This document shows, in pieces, positions 1 to 9,918 of a stretch of DNA of 64,000 bases. Where the stretch lies: NCBI GenBank assembly GCA_965198115.1, contig OZ240241.1:6400001-6464000 (forward strand), read 5' to 3'. Position numbers and translations under genes: made by a program. The notes under the pieces were generated by a model. It saw only the letters and a program-made list of their open reading frames with translations, searched no databases and was not told the DNA's origin. Origin of the DNA: Candidatus Latescibacterota bacterium. Its GTDB lineage: Bacteria; Latescibacterota; UBA2968. Within the stretch, counting starts at the first letter, position 1. Each line of letters begins with the position of its first letter.

Positions 1-960
1 CGCCAACGGCGATAGAGGCGATGCTTAAGGCCGCGAATGGTCGGGCTGTGTTGGGGGGTGCAGGCATAGGACTTAGTGGGGGGCAGTGTTGGTCCGCGTG
101 ACATCAACGGTATTCTTTTGACGATCGGGGGATTGAGGATCGCCATCCCTCCTGCATGGCACCTAGTATCAGGCAGCCGGCGGCGCGAAGCGCTGTTGGA
201 AGGGCGGGGGATATTTTGGGCCGGGCGCCGTTGTAGGCTATTGGCGCGCCCCCTTCACGGTGAAACCCCTTGCGGGGCAGACGTATCAAGCCTTAGACAA
301 TGGTTTTCTGCTTTTAGCGGCGGCGGAGACGAGGGAAAAATGTATAGCGGTGTGCCCCAGGACTCCAAACTGGACCACCACGAAACACACATTTGACCTG
401 TCCGCTACCTTTAGCACTACTCATGGGCTGGCGGCCGAAAGGGCGCTGTTAGGATGGCACAGCGTGATACAGTGCTTGGTATGGCTACGTCCCTGCCAAG
501 AAGGCAAGGCACTACGCTCTCGACAGATCAAGCGATACTTCCTTGGACCGAAGCAAGACCGTTCGAAGGAATGCCCAGTGTTAGGCGGAGGTGCCCGCGG
601 GGCCAGAGGAATGGGCATCCAGAGCAACGGAACAAGGAACCGCAGACGCAGATCCATTCTCTTGCCAGATGTCATTGGCCAGCACTCCGAGTCGCTATGT
701 GTGAGGTGTGGCACCTCAGCGAATCCAGCCCAGCATCCGCCCAATAGAGCTGGTCAACCTAGGCTGCCCATCCTCCCACCTTCTGAGGGCAGGTCGTAGC
801 CGGCTACTGCGGAGAGTGGAGCCCGAGACTGCTCCCAGATTCCCTGCCGGACTACACGAGAACGCCGTTATACTTCCTGTCCGCATTGAGAGTTGAGCAA
901 CGGAGACCGATCTGCTATCGTTCTCCGTACGATGTACCCTCCTGACGACGATAGCGATGC

Positions 961-2166
961 TTGTCGAGCCGCAGGGCGGTTGGGCATAGCGAACCTTGGA
1001 CCATTAAGCGAGTTGGATTGATTATGGAAAATGGCTCAAATCTCGATGAGCGGTTGCGTGTTCCTTACTCCATCGGCACGGGCGTCCCCGCAGGGGGTGA
1101 CGCGGAGATCGCAGGGTATCTGCAATCGCTGCGCGTCCAAGGTTTCTGCGTCGTTGAGCGTGTGATCCCCGAAGACCTGGTCGGCGCGGTGAGCGCCAGC
1201 GTGCACCAGGGGCGCGAGCTGTTGCTGCAGGACCGCGAGGCGGAGCGGAGTAAACGCCTGGAGCTGGAGCGCCGCAGGAATCCCAGCTACGAGCCTGGCG
1301 ACAGCCGTGTGCGGCCGCCGCAGGAACCCCACACCGAGCTCTGCGACATCGCTCGAAACGAGACTTTCGCCGAATACCTCGTGGAACCGCGCGTGCTGCG
1401 GGTGGCCAGGGCCATGCTCGATACGCACGTCCGAATCCTGCAGACGGAGGTCAACAAGTCGTCGAAGCCGGCGAAGCAGCCGCTGTCCGAAGAGCAGCTG
1501 CTGCGGCGCGGCTGGCATTCCGACTGGCCGCACGACCTGACCGCGTACGGTCCGAGCAGCGAGGAGCCATGGAAGCACTGCGGCGCGGTCGCCCAGCCTT
1601 TCCCCGATGTCTGCATGGCGCTGTCGACGGTCTGGTATCTCGGTCCAGAGGACGTGACTCCATTCAACGGCGGGACATGGATCGTGCCGGGGTCGCACAA
1701 AGACCCGCGCAACCCGCGCGGCCCCGATGACGGCATCGACCAGCACGTGCCAATTCCGGGCGAGTTCCAGGTCTCGGCCCCGGCGGGTTCGGTCTTTATG
1801 CAGGACACGCGGATCTGGCACTCAGGCGCGATAAACCAGAGCGAGCACGAGCGCACGGCGGTGGTGTGCCGCTACGGGCCGTGGTGGCTGTCGGGCAACG
1901 AGTTCGGCAATCTGCACTCGGGCGGCCACACGCTCAGGACCTACGTGCCGCAAGAGGTGTATGCACGATTTTCCCCGGAACTAAAGCTGCTCTACCGGCA
2001 CCTGGCCGAGGGCGATGAGGACGTCCTGCAGCCCGAAAACCAGCACCGGGCAGTCCGTGCCCGGGAAGCGCGCGATCCGAGTCGCACCGGCGACAACAGC
2101 CACGTGGTCGCCGGAGCGATGAGCGTGGAGGAATGGGAACGGAACCGCGCCTTCGTCGGCCAATGA
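961..2166 (+). CDS. Phytanoyl-CoA dioxygenase (PhyH) family Fe(II)/2OG oxygenase
   Basis: GFCVVERVI, WHSDW (HxD), GGTWIVPGSH, RIWHSG motifs; the real start may be ATG at 1024. Confidence 0.85.
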   Translation: MSSRRAVGHSEPWTIKRVGLIMENGSNLDERLRVPYSIGTGVPAGGDAEIAGYLQSLRVQGFCVVERVIPEDLVGAVSASVHQGRELLLQDREAERSKRLELERRRNPSYEPGDSRVRPPQEPHTELCDIARNETFAEYLVEPRVLRVARAMLDTHVRILQTEVNKSSKPAKQPLSEEQLLRRGWHSDWPHDLTAYGPSSEEPWKHCGAVAQPFPDVCMALSTVWYLGPEDVTPFNGGTWIVPGSHKDPRNPRGPDDGIDQHVPIPGEFQVSAPAGSVFMQDTRIWHSGAINQSEHERTAVVCRYGPWWLSGNEFGNLHSGGHTLRTYVPQEVYARFSPELKLLYRHLAEGDEDVLQPENQHRAVRAREARDPSRTGDNSHVVAGAMSVEEWERNRAFVGQ

Positions 2167-2290
2167 CCACAGCGTGCAGATAATCTCCACCTCTCCTGCC
2201 CGGCGCAAGATACGCCAAGGTATGGCGACTCAAATAATCCGATGATGCCGATTCGTTTTTTGCTCAGTCTGCCTCCTCTAACTCTTCTTA

Positions 2291-3552
2291 GTACTCCTGT
2301 TCTCAAATACGGTGACGTATTCTAAGCAGACTTTGCCAAGGGCGTATCGTAGAACCTGAGTTTGTCGATCATCTCCGCGAGATCTGTTCGTGTGAACTTC
2401 CATTTGAAGGGTGTGGCGATACGTCCGTAGCGTTCCTGAAAACCGAGGATTCTTGCCTCAAGCTCTTCGAGCGATGCAAATTCGATAGGTGTCAGAGCCT
2501 TGCGTTTGAGGATCGAGAAGTAGATCTCGATCTGATTGAGCCAGCTTGCGTGGATCGGAAGGTGAACGGGGTGGATGTTTGGCCACTTCCCCTGGATACG
2601 GTCGATGCATGTTTGCCCTCGGTGCGAGGAGCCATTATCCACGATGAGGTAGACTTTCTTTGCCGAGCAATAGGGTTTCCGGCTCATGATCAGGCTCAGG
2701 AGCCGGTTGAAGGGCTCGATACCCGAAGAAGACTCACAGAGACCGAAGATTCGACCATTGTGCACGTCGAGAGCAGCCAGATAGGCCAGGGCTCCTTTCC
2801 GCTCGTATTCGTGTTTCAACGCGTGCCGCTCTGTTCGAGGCTGGCGGTAGGGTAACGTGCTTGCGAGCTCGTGCTTGAATACTGGTCTTTTCGTCGGCAG
2901 AAAGTACATATTCCCTCGGCCCTAAAGGCTTTCCTTGCCATTGGCGGTGATACAGATCAAGGACTCTACCTGCTTTGGTTTGGAAGTCCGGGTCCCGTGG
3001 GAAAATCCAGGAGCGATGATACCAAGGACGAATCGCGTCCTCGTTCAACCAGCGCCAGACAGTGGCGCCGCTGATCTTGGCAACGAAGCCCCTTTGCACT
3101 GCCTCGGCGGCAATCTCGGAACAGCTGAACCGCGAGAGCGGTATCCCGCTCTCGCTCGGTAGTTCACACGCCAGCGCCTTGATCTGAACGACCACCTGAG
3201 GGGGGAAAACCGGGCGGGCGCCCGGGACGAGATCTATCTTCGAGTCCCGAAAGACGCTCTTCGAAAAAGCGCTTACGCCATTTGCTTACGATCGGACGCG
3301 GGACATCCAACCGTTGGGCGATAATCTTGTTGGATAATCCCTCGGCGGCGAGAAGCACGATTTTCGATCGGATCACTTGATAATACGATAACGTATATTG
3401 TCCAGCCATTCGCTCGAGGTCGACCCGTTCCTTCTCAGACAGTAGCACCACATAAGGCGAATGTCTTGGCATTGTTCTCCTCCTTTTGAAGGAGAACATA
3501 AGCTACAAATAATGTTCAGAACATACGTAATAATGTTTATGAAACCATGCAC
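2291..3552 (-). mobile_element. IS630-family insertion sequence
   Basis: TA at 2289-2290 and 3553-3554; imperfect terminal IRs (GTACTCCTGTTCTCAAA / GTGCATGGTTTCATAAA); HTH and DDE ORFs inside. Confidence 0.85.
2322..3499 (-). CDS. IS630 transposase split over three frames (3164-3499, 2734-3195, 2322-2909)
   Basis: HTH with GRP motif, then SADEKTSIQ, IVDNGSSH, ASWLNQIE. First shift at TTTTCCCCCC (~3200) is probably programmed; second at ~2817 is probably a mutation or error. Confidence 0.85.
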
Positions 3553-3994
3553 TAAGGGAAGCGCCCACTCGAAGGGCGGTGGTGAGACAGTCGCGTCGAA
3601 CGCCCCGACGACGTTTCCTTGTAGGTGAACGTGTTCCACCCCGGCGAGAGAAAACCGGCCGCTTCACCACTCTGTCGGATTGGGAAATCTCTACGGTTCT
3701 GCCTGCCCCTACAGACTCCACTGCGCAAATACCAGGCAGCGTCATATGCGAAGAAAGGACAGGGCCGATCGGAGGGGGCGTGCCGCTTTGCTATGGATCC
3801 TACAAAGTCGTCGTTGATGCTTACCGGTTCGGCGTGTGCTCCCATATCCTGAACGTGGTCCGGAAGGGGAGGGTATTCGCAAGCCTCATAAAGTCTCCAG
3901 TGGTCCGGTAGCCAAAGCTGTTCCATCCGGCCACGTTTCCGCTTAATCCTATGGCAGCCCAGGGATGGGCCGTCTTTTCTGGCACCGGCATGGC

Positions 3995-4081
3995 ACTTAA
4001 CGTTTCAGGGTTTGCGACGCGCGGCGTAGCCGCGAGTGGGTGGACGGGTTCGGGGTACGGTGCGCAAGCCCGCAGTTAGAC
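3995..4081 (-). repeat. attC-like site 1 (after the GNAT cassette)
   Basis: Gene strand GTCTAAC...GTTAAGT; inner stem GGGTTTGCG/CGCAAGCCC; 12 bp after the stop codon. Confidence 0.85.
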
Positions 4082-4093
4082 GGAGTCCCCTTG

Positions 4094-4834
4094 TCAGCTC
4101 AGCCATGGATACAACGCTTCGTAAACATCCGACTGAACATACCCCAGTTTCTCTGCTAGGCCGACCGACTCTGAGTTTGAGGCATTCCAGTGCGGTTCTA
4201 TTCCGCGTTTCAGGCAGTATGTGATTAGAGTTGTGCACACCGCGGTCGCGAGGCCTTTCCGTCTGTGATCAGGATCCGTGCCTATTTCTATCTCGATGGC
4301 TTCGTCAGTTTGAGTGTAAGAATAGGCTTCGCAGACAACCTTGTCCTCGTTGAGGGCGCAATACCCAACCCCCTTTTCCAGCAAGTCGAGAGGTGAATGG
4401 GCACTCATGCCATCCGAGACGAGGTCTTCATCGATTCTGAGAATCTCATATCCTTCCGGGATCGATCTGCTGAGTTTCACCAAGTGATCAATGTCCAGTC
4501 CGTAGAAGTCAAACCCAACACGCTGCTGTTTACGAAGCTTGTCCTTGTAGAAGGCGATGACTAGATCACGCCACAAATCGCACTCCGGGATGAACATTGT
4601 GTCCGAGAGTTCCCGGAGAAATCCAGAAGCGAGGGCACTGTCCTGGTTACCCGCCAGAAGTGTGAAGTACCCAAACTTCAACACGACAACTTCCGGGTTG
4701 CTCGCTGAGTCGGCAAGCGCCGAGCCGTAGCCATGACCAATAACGGCGTCGATGATTACGCGTTGGCGCCTATGTCCAGCAAATAGTGGTGCCAGCCCGG
4801 ATCTCGAATCAGGAGTGATCGGGACAAAGTCCAA
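4094..4834 (-). CDS. GNAT family N-acetyltransferase (cassette gene)
   Basis: EIEIGTDPDHRRKGLA acetyl-CoA motif, PHWNASNSESVGLAEKLGY. Confidence 0.85.
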   Translation of the reverse strand: MDFVPITPDSRSGLAPLFAGHRRQRVIIDAVIGHGYGSALADSASNPEVVVLKFGYFTLLAGNQDSALASGFLRELSDTMFIPECDLWRDLVIAFYKDKLRKQQRVGFDFYGLDIDHLVKLSRSIPEGYEILRIDEDLVSDGMSAHSPLDLLEKGVGYCALNEDKVVCEAYSYTQTDEAIEIEIGTDPDHRRKGLATAVCTTLITYCLKRGIEPHWNASNSESVGLAEKLGYVQSDVYEALYPWLS

Positions 4835-4880
4835 ATTAATAACCCAAGATTTCTGGGGGTTTCTGAGTTTAGGGGATTCC

Positions 4881-4981
4881 GGCTAACGTCCTGCCATACA
4901 CGACGGCGGCGGAGTGAAACGGAGCCGCTGTGCCCGAGGGGCCAAGGAGCGAAGCGACGCAGCGTGTGTGGTTTGTTATAG
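4881..4981 (-). repeat. attC-like site 2 (after the serine hydrolase cassette)
   Basis: Plus strand GGCTAAC-GTCCTG-CCATACACG...CGTGTGTGG-TTT-GTTATAG. Confidence 0.8.
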
Positions 4982-5022
4982 GATGTGCCAGCCCGGGGTG
5001 GAGAGGATGGGCTCATCCGGAT

Positions 5023-6210
5023 TTATGATATGGAATCATACAGCGCTCGTATCACCCGCGTCTTAGACATTTCAATTGGGCGATTCACGCGCAGCTTAGG
5101 AGGCTGATCGGAGAGTGTAAACATGTGTAGCAGAGTTTTGGTATATCCAAAGCCAAGCTTGAGTTGAGGATCGGCAAAGCCCGTTGCGCCACCATAACCA
5201 TCATGTCCAAAAGCTCGCAGATTATTACCATAGTAGAATACTTGATCCTGCTTACCAGTGTTTCTTTGATAGCCCAAAATGCGAGGAGTTTCTTGACGTA
5301 TGCCAAACGTCTTATTCATGAACACGTCCGGTAGATCAGCCTGGTGGGAGAATATCACGTTAAGATGGTCATTTGAAATCAACCGACATCCGTCCACTTC
5401 TGAAACAGTCGCTGCATAATGTTTAGCCAAAGCACGAGCTGACGCACTAATATTGCCACCAGGGATTTCAGCAGACCTCACGTGAGGATGGGTGAATATA
5501 GCACCTAGAGGTTCATCCACAGGAGGAATAACCTCAAAGAAAATGGGATCGAGTTCAGGTAAATCCTCTTCGTTAACTGGTGCATCATAGGCCATGGCCA
5601 TCCTCTCTTGTGCTTCTGCAGGAGTACCAAGGAATAGTTCATTTTGGATATTCAAAGGAATGGCTATTTCGTCTCGGACTAATTGCCCCAGAGTGCGACC
5701 ATCGACTCGTTTTACCAGACCAGCTAAAACCCAACCTATTGTCAATCCATGATAGCAGGACGTCGTTCCAGGCGTAAACATGGGTTCCAATTTGGCTGTT
5801 TCCTCAACAACACGCTCTAAATCACACCACAGGTCCGGGGGGGATATGTTGGGCAAAACGGGCGTCTGGGGAATGCCTGCTACGCTATTCATGACCTGTG
5901 AAATCGTTATCGATTCTTTGCCTGCTACACCAAACTCAGACCAGTAATGTGCGACAGGTTTCTCGTAGTCGATCAACCCCCGTTGGGCCAACATGTGGAA
6001 AGCCGTTAAAATGGGACCTTTAGAGCAACTGAATATGGTGAACAGGGTCTGAGGGCTGACCGCTGTGCTCGAATTCTCCGCGACAACACCCGCAACACAA
6101 TCAGCTATAAGCTCACCATCTAAGTATACGGCGGCCTGCAACCCCACCTCGTGGCCAGAACCGACAAGGTCATCTAATGTCTCTTGAATCACAGACTGTA
6201 TATCAGCCAT
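5023..6210 (-). CDS. Serine hydrolase, beta-lactamase class C/EstB-like (cassette gene)
   Basis: FSCSK (SxxK), YHG, FGHDGYGG motifs; GGAGG RBS; visibly AT-richer than the surrounding genes. Confidence 0.85.
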   Translation of the reverse strand: MADIQSVIQETLDDLVGSGHEVGLQAAVYLDGELIADCVAGVVAENSSTAVSPQTLFTIFSCSKGPILTAFHMLAQRGLIDYEKPVAHYWSEFGVAGKESITISQVMNSVAGIPQTPVLPNISPPDLWCDLERVVEETAKLEPMFTPGTTSCYHGLTIGWVLAGLVKRVDGRTLGQLVRDEIAIPLNIQNELFLGTPAEAQERMAMAYDAPVNEEDLPELDPIFFEVIPPVDEPLGAIFTHPHVRSAEIPGGNISASARALAKHYAATVSEVDGCRLISNDHLNVIFSHQADLPDVFMNKTFGIRQETPRILGYQRNTGKQDQVFYYGNNLRAFGHDGYGGATGFADPQLKLGFGYTKTLLHMFTLSDQPPKLRVNRPIEMSKTRVIRALYDSIS

Positions 6211-6250
6211 TAGGTCAACCTCCCGCTTTTTGGTTTTGGGCTGGCATTTC

Positions 6251-6338
6251 CGCTAACGTTTGAGGAGCCGCGACGCCGCCGAAAAGGCGGTGTGAGTGGT
6301 CGGGTGAGGCTGGGTTACCCGCGGCTCCGGTGTTAAGA
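6251..6338 (-). repeat. attC-like site 3 (after the MBL cassette)
   Basis: Plus strand CGCTAAC-GTTTGA-GGAGCCGCG...CGCGGCTCC-GGT-GTTAAGA. Confidence 0.85.
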
Positions 6339-6370
6339 GCCGTGCCTGGATCCAGAAGTAGTACCCACCA

Positions 6371-7368
6371 CTATCGGGCAAGGTTCATAGGACTGATGCC
6401 TTCACCAAGTGTGAAGGTTGCCCCAACGGCCCCGACCACACAGGTCGGCCGTGACAGTTCTGCCCGATCCCGGATCTGATATACTGCTTCAAGTCCTGTT
6501 CAGTGGGCTCCGATCAAGTGCTGCAATCCAAATTCTCTCAGATTGCGTGAAGTCCACTCGAGATTCTCGTCGTCAGCACGGAGTAGATGGAAACCGCCCA
6601 GTGCGGCGTGGATGGGGGCCTGACGAACAATGCTTCGACTATACTCCAGCGTATTGATCATGCCAGCGTGACCACAGCCAGATAGAATGACAAGGCCTTG
6701 GTCGGTGTCGATTACAAGTGACTGGCTCTCAGGTATGTTGTCCGGGGTGAGCCCTGTCTCGGTTTTTAGCTTGGCCGAAGTACCCCAGTTCCGTTCGGGG
6801 TGTGGTCTGGGCACCGGTCCTGTGGGCCATACGCCGGGAAAGAGCTGAGATGGCTTGTCGTGTTGGATGACGACTCCGCCTGTCGCCTCGTATTCGGATC
6901 TCATTCGAGCCATTCGGTTTGTCCGCTTGGTGCCATCGGCACGATAGCGATCGAGAAAGATGCCTTCTGCGACGTGGGCTCTGGATAGGGCCGTAGGGTT
7001 CTTCTGCGACAGCTCAGTGCGAAGACGGATCAGCCCACCGGTGTGTCACTATGGTTGTGGCTGAGAACCACGTCGGTGATGTCAGAGAGATCTATATCCA
7101 GCGTCTTCGCATTTCTGAGCACGGTGTCCGGCCATTGCCCGGTATCGAACAGGATTCGCGTCCCATCGGCTTCTACGAGTGCAGCGAAGCCCCACTCGCC
7201 GATTCCACGGAATGGCGATGCCAACATGGTGGAGAGAACCACGATGTGCAGATTCTTGACTCTGTGTCCATTCTCTTCCGCAGATACAATTCTACCCTCG
7301 AGTACAGGGATAACCAGAGAGACGATTAAGGTGCCCAGGAAAGCACGCACATATCTTTTCTGTGTCAT
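6371..7368 (-). pseudogene. Secreted MBL-fold metallohydrolase (COG1237-like) with a frameshift and an in-frame TGA
   Basis: EWGFAALVE, ILFDTG, SHNHSD(H)TGGL (1-bp loss at ~7045), SGCGHAG, GGFHL, GAH-TGA-TG; frame continues to TAG at 6371. Confidence 0.8.
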
Positions 7369-7428
7369 CTCGTTCTCCCGGGGTGAGGATCAAGGTTTGA
7401 TGACTCGCGCGGGTCGGTTAGGCATGGC

Positions 7429-7517
7429 GCTTAACGATCAAGTGTTCCGCGACGCCGTGCGAAGCACGGTGTGGTTGGATCGGGGTTGGGAGGGGTTCGC
7501 CGGACACGAAGTTAAGC
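7429..7517 (-). repeat. attC-like site 4 (after the MotA-like cassette)
   Basis: Plus strand GCTTAAC-GATCAA-GTGTTCCGCGA...TCGCCGGACAC-GAA-GTTAAGC. Confidence 0.85.
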
Positions 7518-7555
7518 GCCGATACATGGCTCATTCACTCAGACTCGAAGGGTCT

Positions 7556-8082
7556 CTACATATGCACGATTGCATCAATGATCATCCGTGAGAGCCAGAC
7601 AAGCACTACCAGTAGCAGCACGGGAATCACCTCCGAGGCACCCCCGTTTCTCGAACCATCTGACAGAACACCTTCCAGACGATACTGAATAGGAAGACAG
7701 ACTCCGTAGCCTAACAGGGCGCTCAAGAATAGGGGGACCATCGCGGTCTGGAGGCCGAGCCCAAATGACTCACCTCCGATTGCGGGTAAGTTCGACATCA
7801 ATCCGATCAACGTTCCTAGACAACCTCCGGAAATAGCGAAGACGCGAGTGTTTCGCCATCCGCAAATCGCCTCACTTGTCTCTTTCTCGGAAAGCGTACT
7901 GGCCCACAGAGACCGGGCAAGAAGGCGAATCGATGTCCGACTGAGCAGAATGCAGCCACCAGGAAGCCCCACAGATAGATGTGGGAGGGTGTGTCCCAAA
8001 ACAGGTAAGGCTTCCCCGGGCCACTAGTCAATGTCATTAGGACAACGATGACTAGGATCAGGACGAATCCGATGATCCCCAT
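7556..8082 (-). pseudogene. Small membrane protein, MotA/TolQ/ExbB-like, frameshifted (cassette gene)
   Basis: N-terminal TM plus FWDTPS in one frame; GCLGTLIGL...FGLGLQTAMVPLF...LPIQYRLE in another; GGAGG RBS. Confidence 0.55.
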
Positions 8083-8194
8083 TACGACCTCCTAGCTCGG
8101 TTTCTGAGGCTTGAAGGACCAGATTAAGAGACTCGAATCTTGGTGTGCGAGAGACTCTCACTGCCGGTTCGTGTAGGACTTGTCTGGCATTGGC

Positions 8195-8278
8195 GCTTAA
8201 CGTTCTCGCCGCTTGCGAACCCGCGCAGCAGGTTGGGTCGAAGCCCGCAGGGCTGAGCCGAAAGCGGTCGTGTTATAG
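8195..8278 (-). repeat. attC-like site 5 (integrase-proximal)
   Basis: Plus strand GCTTAAC-GTTCTC-GCCGCTTGCG...CGAAAGCGGT-CGT-GTTATAG. Confidence 0.8.
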
Positions 8279-8492
8279 GATGTGCCAGCCGGGGTGGGGG
8301 GGTGCGGCCTTGCCAGGACGGCGAGGCCGCAAGAGTGAGCGTGTGTTGTGAAGGTACGTTAGGAGGAAGCAGCCGGACTCCCCGCCTTTTCCATCCTGAT
8401 CTCGGTCAGCGAGATAACCTGTATAGCAACTTCAAACACTGCCAGATTGGAAGGCAGGAAGTGTCACAGTGTATGTAAGTTGGGCTGGAGTT

Positions 8493-9866
8493 GAGCTATA
8501 ATCAAAAGGTGTGGAAAAAGAGAAAGGGCGACCCTACCCTTCCCGTGAGATAGTTGATTCACACAAAACCGGGTGAGAGGCCCGGTTGGGAAGGAGGATC
8601 GCCGTGAAGGAACATACGCATAGAGCCCCATTGAAGTCCATGCCGACGTGGGAGACGGTTGACGATTGGATCCGTGAAGAGATCCAGGGCCGGTTCCAGT
8701 CCATTCTGGAGGAGGAGGCGACCGCGTTCTTGGGCCGGTCGTGGTATGAGCGCCGAGCCGAGGTCGATAGCTCCAGGGGCTACAGGAACGGCTACGGCAA
8801 GCCCCGGCGTCTCTCGACGAGCTGCGGAACGATCAAGGTCCGGCGTCCCCGGGTTCGTGGTCTGGAAGAGCGGTTTGAAAGCCGCATCCTCCCCCTGTTC
8901 GCCCGGAGAACCAGGGCCATTGGAGATCTGCTTCCCGACCTTTATCTCCACGGTCTCTCCCAGGGCGACTTCGAGTTGTCTTTGCGTGCGCTGCTCGGTG
9001 ATGGCGCGCCGCTTTCGCCGACCTCGATCGCTCGTCTTCGAGGGAAGTGGGAGGTCGACTTCCAGGACTGGAAAGAAAGGCGTCTGGATAATCGCGAACT
9101 GGTCTACGCCTGGGCTGATGGCATCTACGTCAAAGCCGGGCTCGAGCGCGAGAAGGCGTGTCTGCTGGTCGTGATCGGCGCGATGAGCGACGGCAGTAAG
9201 GAGATCCTGGCGATAGAACCCGGTTATCGAGAGTCTACAGAATCCTGGCTCACGGTGCTCCGGGATCTCCGGGATCGCGGGCTCGAACATCCTGTCCTGA
9301 TCGCCGCGGACGGGAATATGGGCATCTGGGCGGCCGTTGATCAGGTCTGGCCAGAGAGCCGGCAACAACGGTGCTGGAACCACAAGATCCTCAACGTGCT
9401 CGACAAGGTCGCCAAGCGTGCACAGGCTGAAGCCCGCGCACTGCTCGTCCAGATCCCCTATGCCGGCACGAAAAAGGAGGCCGAGAAGCTCCGGAAACGC
9501 TTTGCCGCACGGTATCGCTCACAGTTCCCTGCCGCCGTGGAGACGCTCGAAAGAGACTGGGATCGGATGGTCACGTTCTACGACTTCCCGAAGGAACACT
9601 GGAAACACCTGAGAACCACGAACGTCGTCGAGAGCCCCTTTGCTTCCGTTCGGCTTCGCACAAACGCCGCCAGGCGATTCAAGAAAGTCAGGAACGCCAC
9701 GGCTCTCATCTGGCGTACGCTCAAGGTCGCAGAGAGCCGATTCAGGAAACTCACCGCGCCACACTTGCTACAACAAGTCTACGATCAGAAACACTCAACC
9801 GGACCGCAGGTCGAAGCCGGGAAGATGGCCGCCTGATTTCTTTTACACACCTATTGACCTGAGCTC
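8493..9866 (+). mobile_element. IS256-family insertion sequence
   Basis: IRs GAGCTATAATCAAAAGGTGTGGAAAA / GAGCTCAGGTCAATAGGTGTGTAAAA; 8-bp target duplication CTGGAGTT at 8485-8492 and 9867-9874. Confidence 0.92.
8586..9836 (+). CDS. IS256 (Mutator-type) transposase
   Basis: YRNGY, WADGIY, AADG, QRCWNHK, RTTNVVES motifs. Confidence 0.92.
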   Translation: MGRRIAVKEHTHRAPLKSMPTWETVDDWIREEIQGRFQSILEEEATAFLGRSWYERRAEVDSSRGYRNGYGKPRRLSTSCGTIKVRRPRVRGLEERFESRILPLFARRTRAIGDLLPDLYLHGLSQGDFELSLRALLGDGAPLSPTSIARLRGKWEVDFQDWKERRLDNRELVYAWADGIYVKAGLEREKACLLVVIGAMSDGSKEILAIEPGYRESTESWLTVLRDLRDRGLEHPVLIAADGNMGIWAAVDQVWPESRQQRCWNHKILNVLDKVAKRAQAEARALLVQIPYAGTKKEAEKLRKRFAARYRSQFPAAVETLERDWDRMVTFYDFPKEHWKHLRTTNVVESPFASVRLRTNAARRFKKVRNATALIWRTLKVAESRFRKLTAPHLLQQVYDQKHSTGPQVEAGKMAA

Positions 9867-9918
9867 CTGGAGTTGCTTTTGCTCTCCCATACTTTTCCCA
9901 TCACAAAAACCACATGGC

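Noticed and set aside
1-900. Short ORFs at the window start
   Set aside because: No recognisable motifs and stops in all plausible frames; perhaps a decayed gene, but not supportable
3995-8278. CRISPR array or simple terminators
   Set aside because: The sites are not identical, are 0.8-1.4 kb apart with genes between, lack U-tails and carry AAC/GTT cores
8559-9383. Long antisense and alternate-frame ORFs (e.g. 8559-9383, 16971-17813, 24739-25647, 48955-49800)
   Set aside because: Shadow ORFs of high-GC coding strands with no motifs
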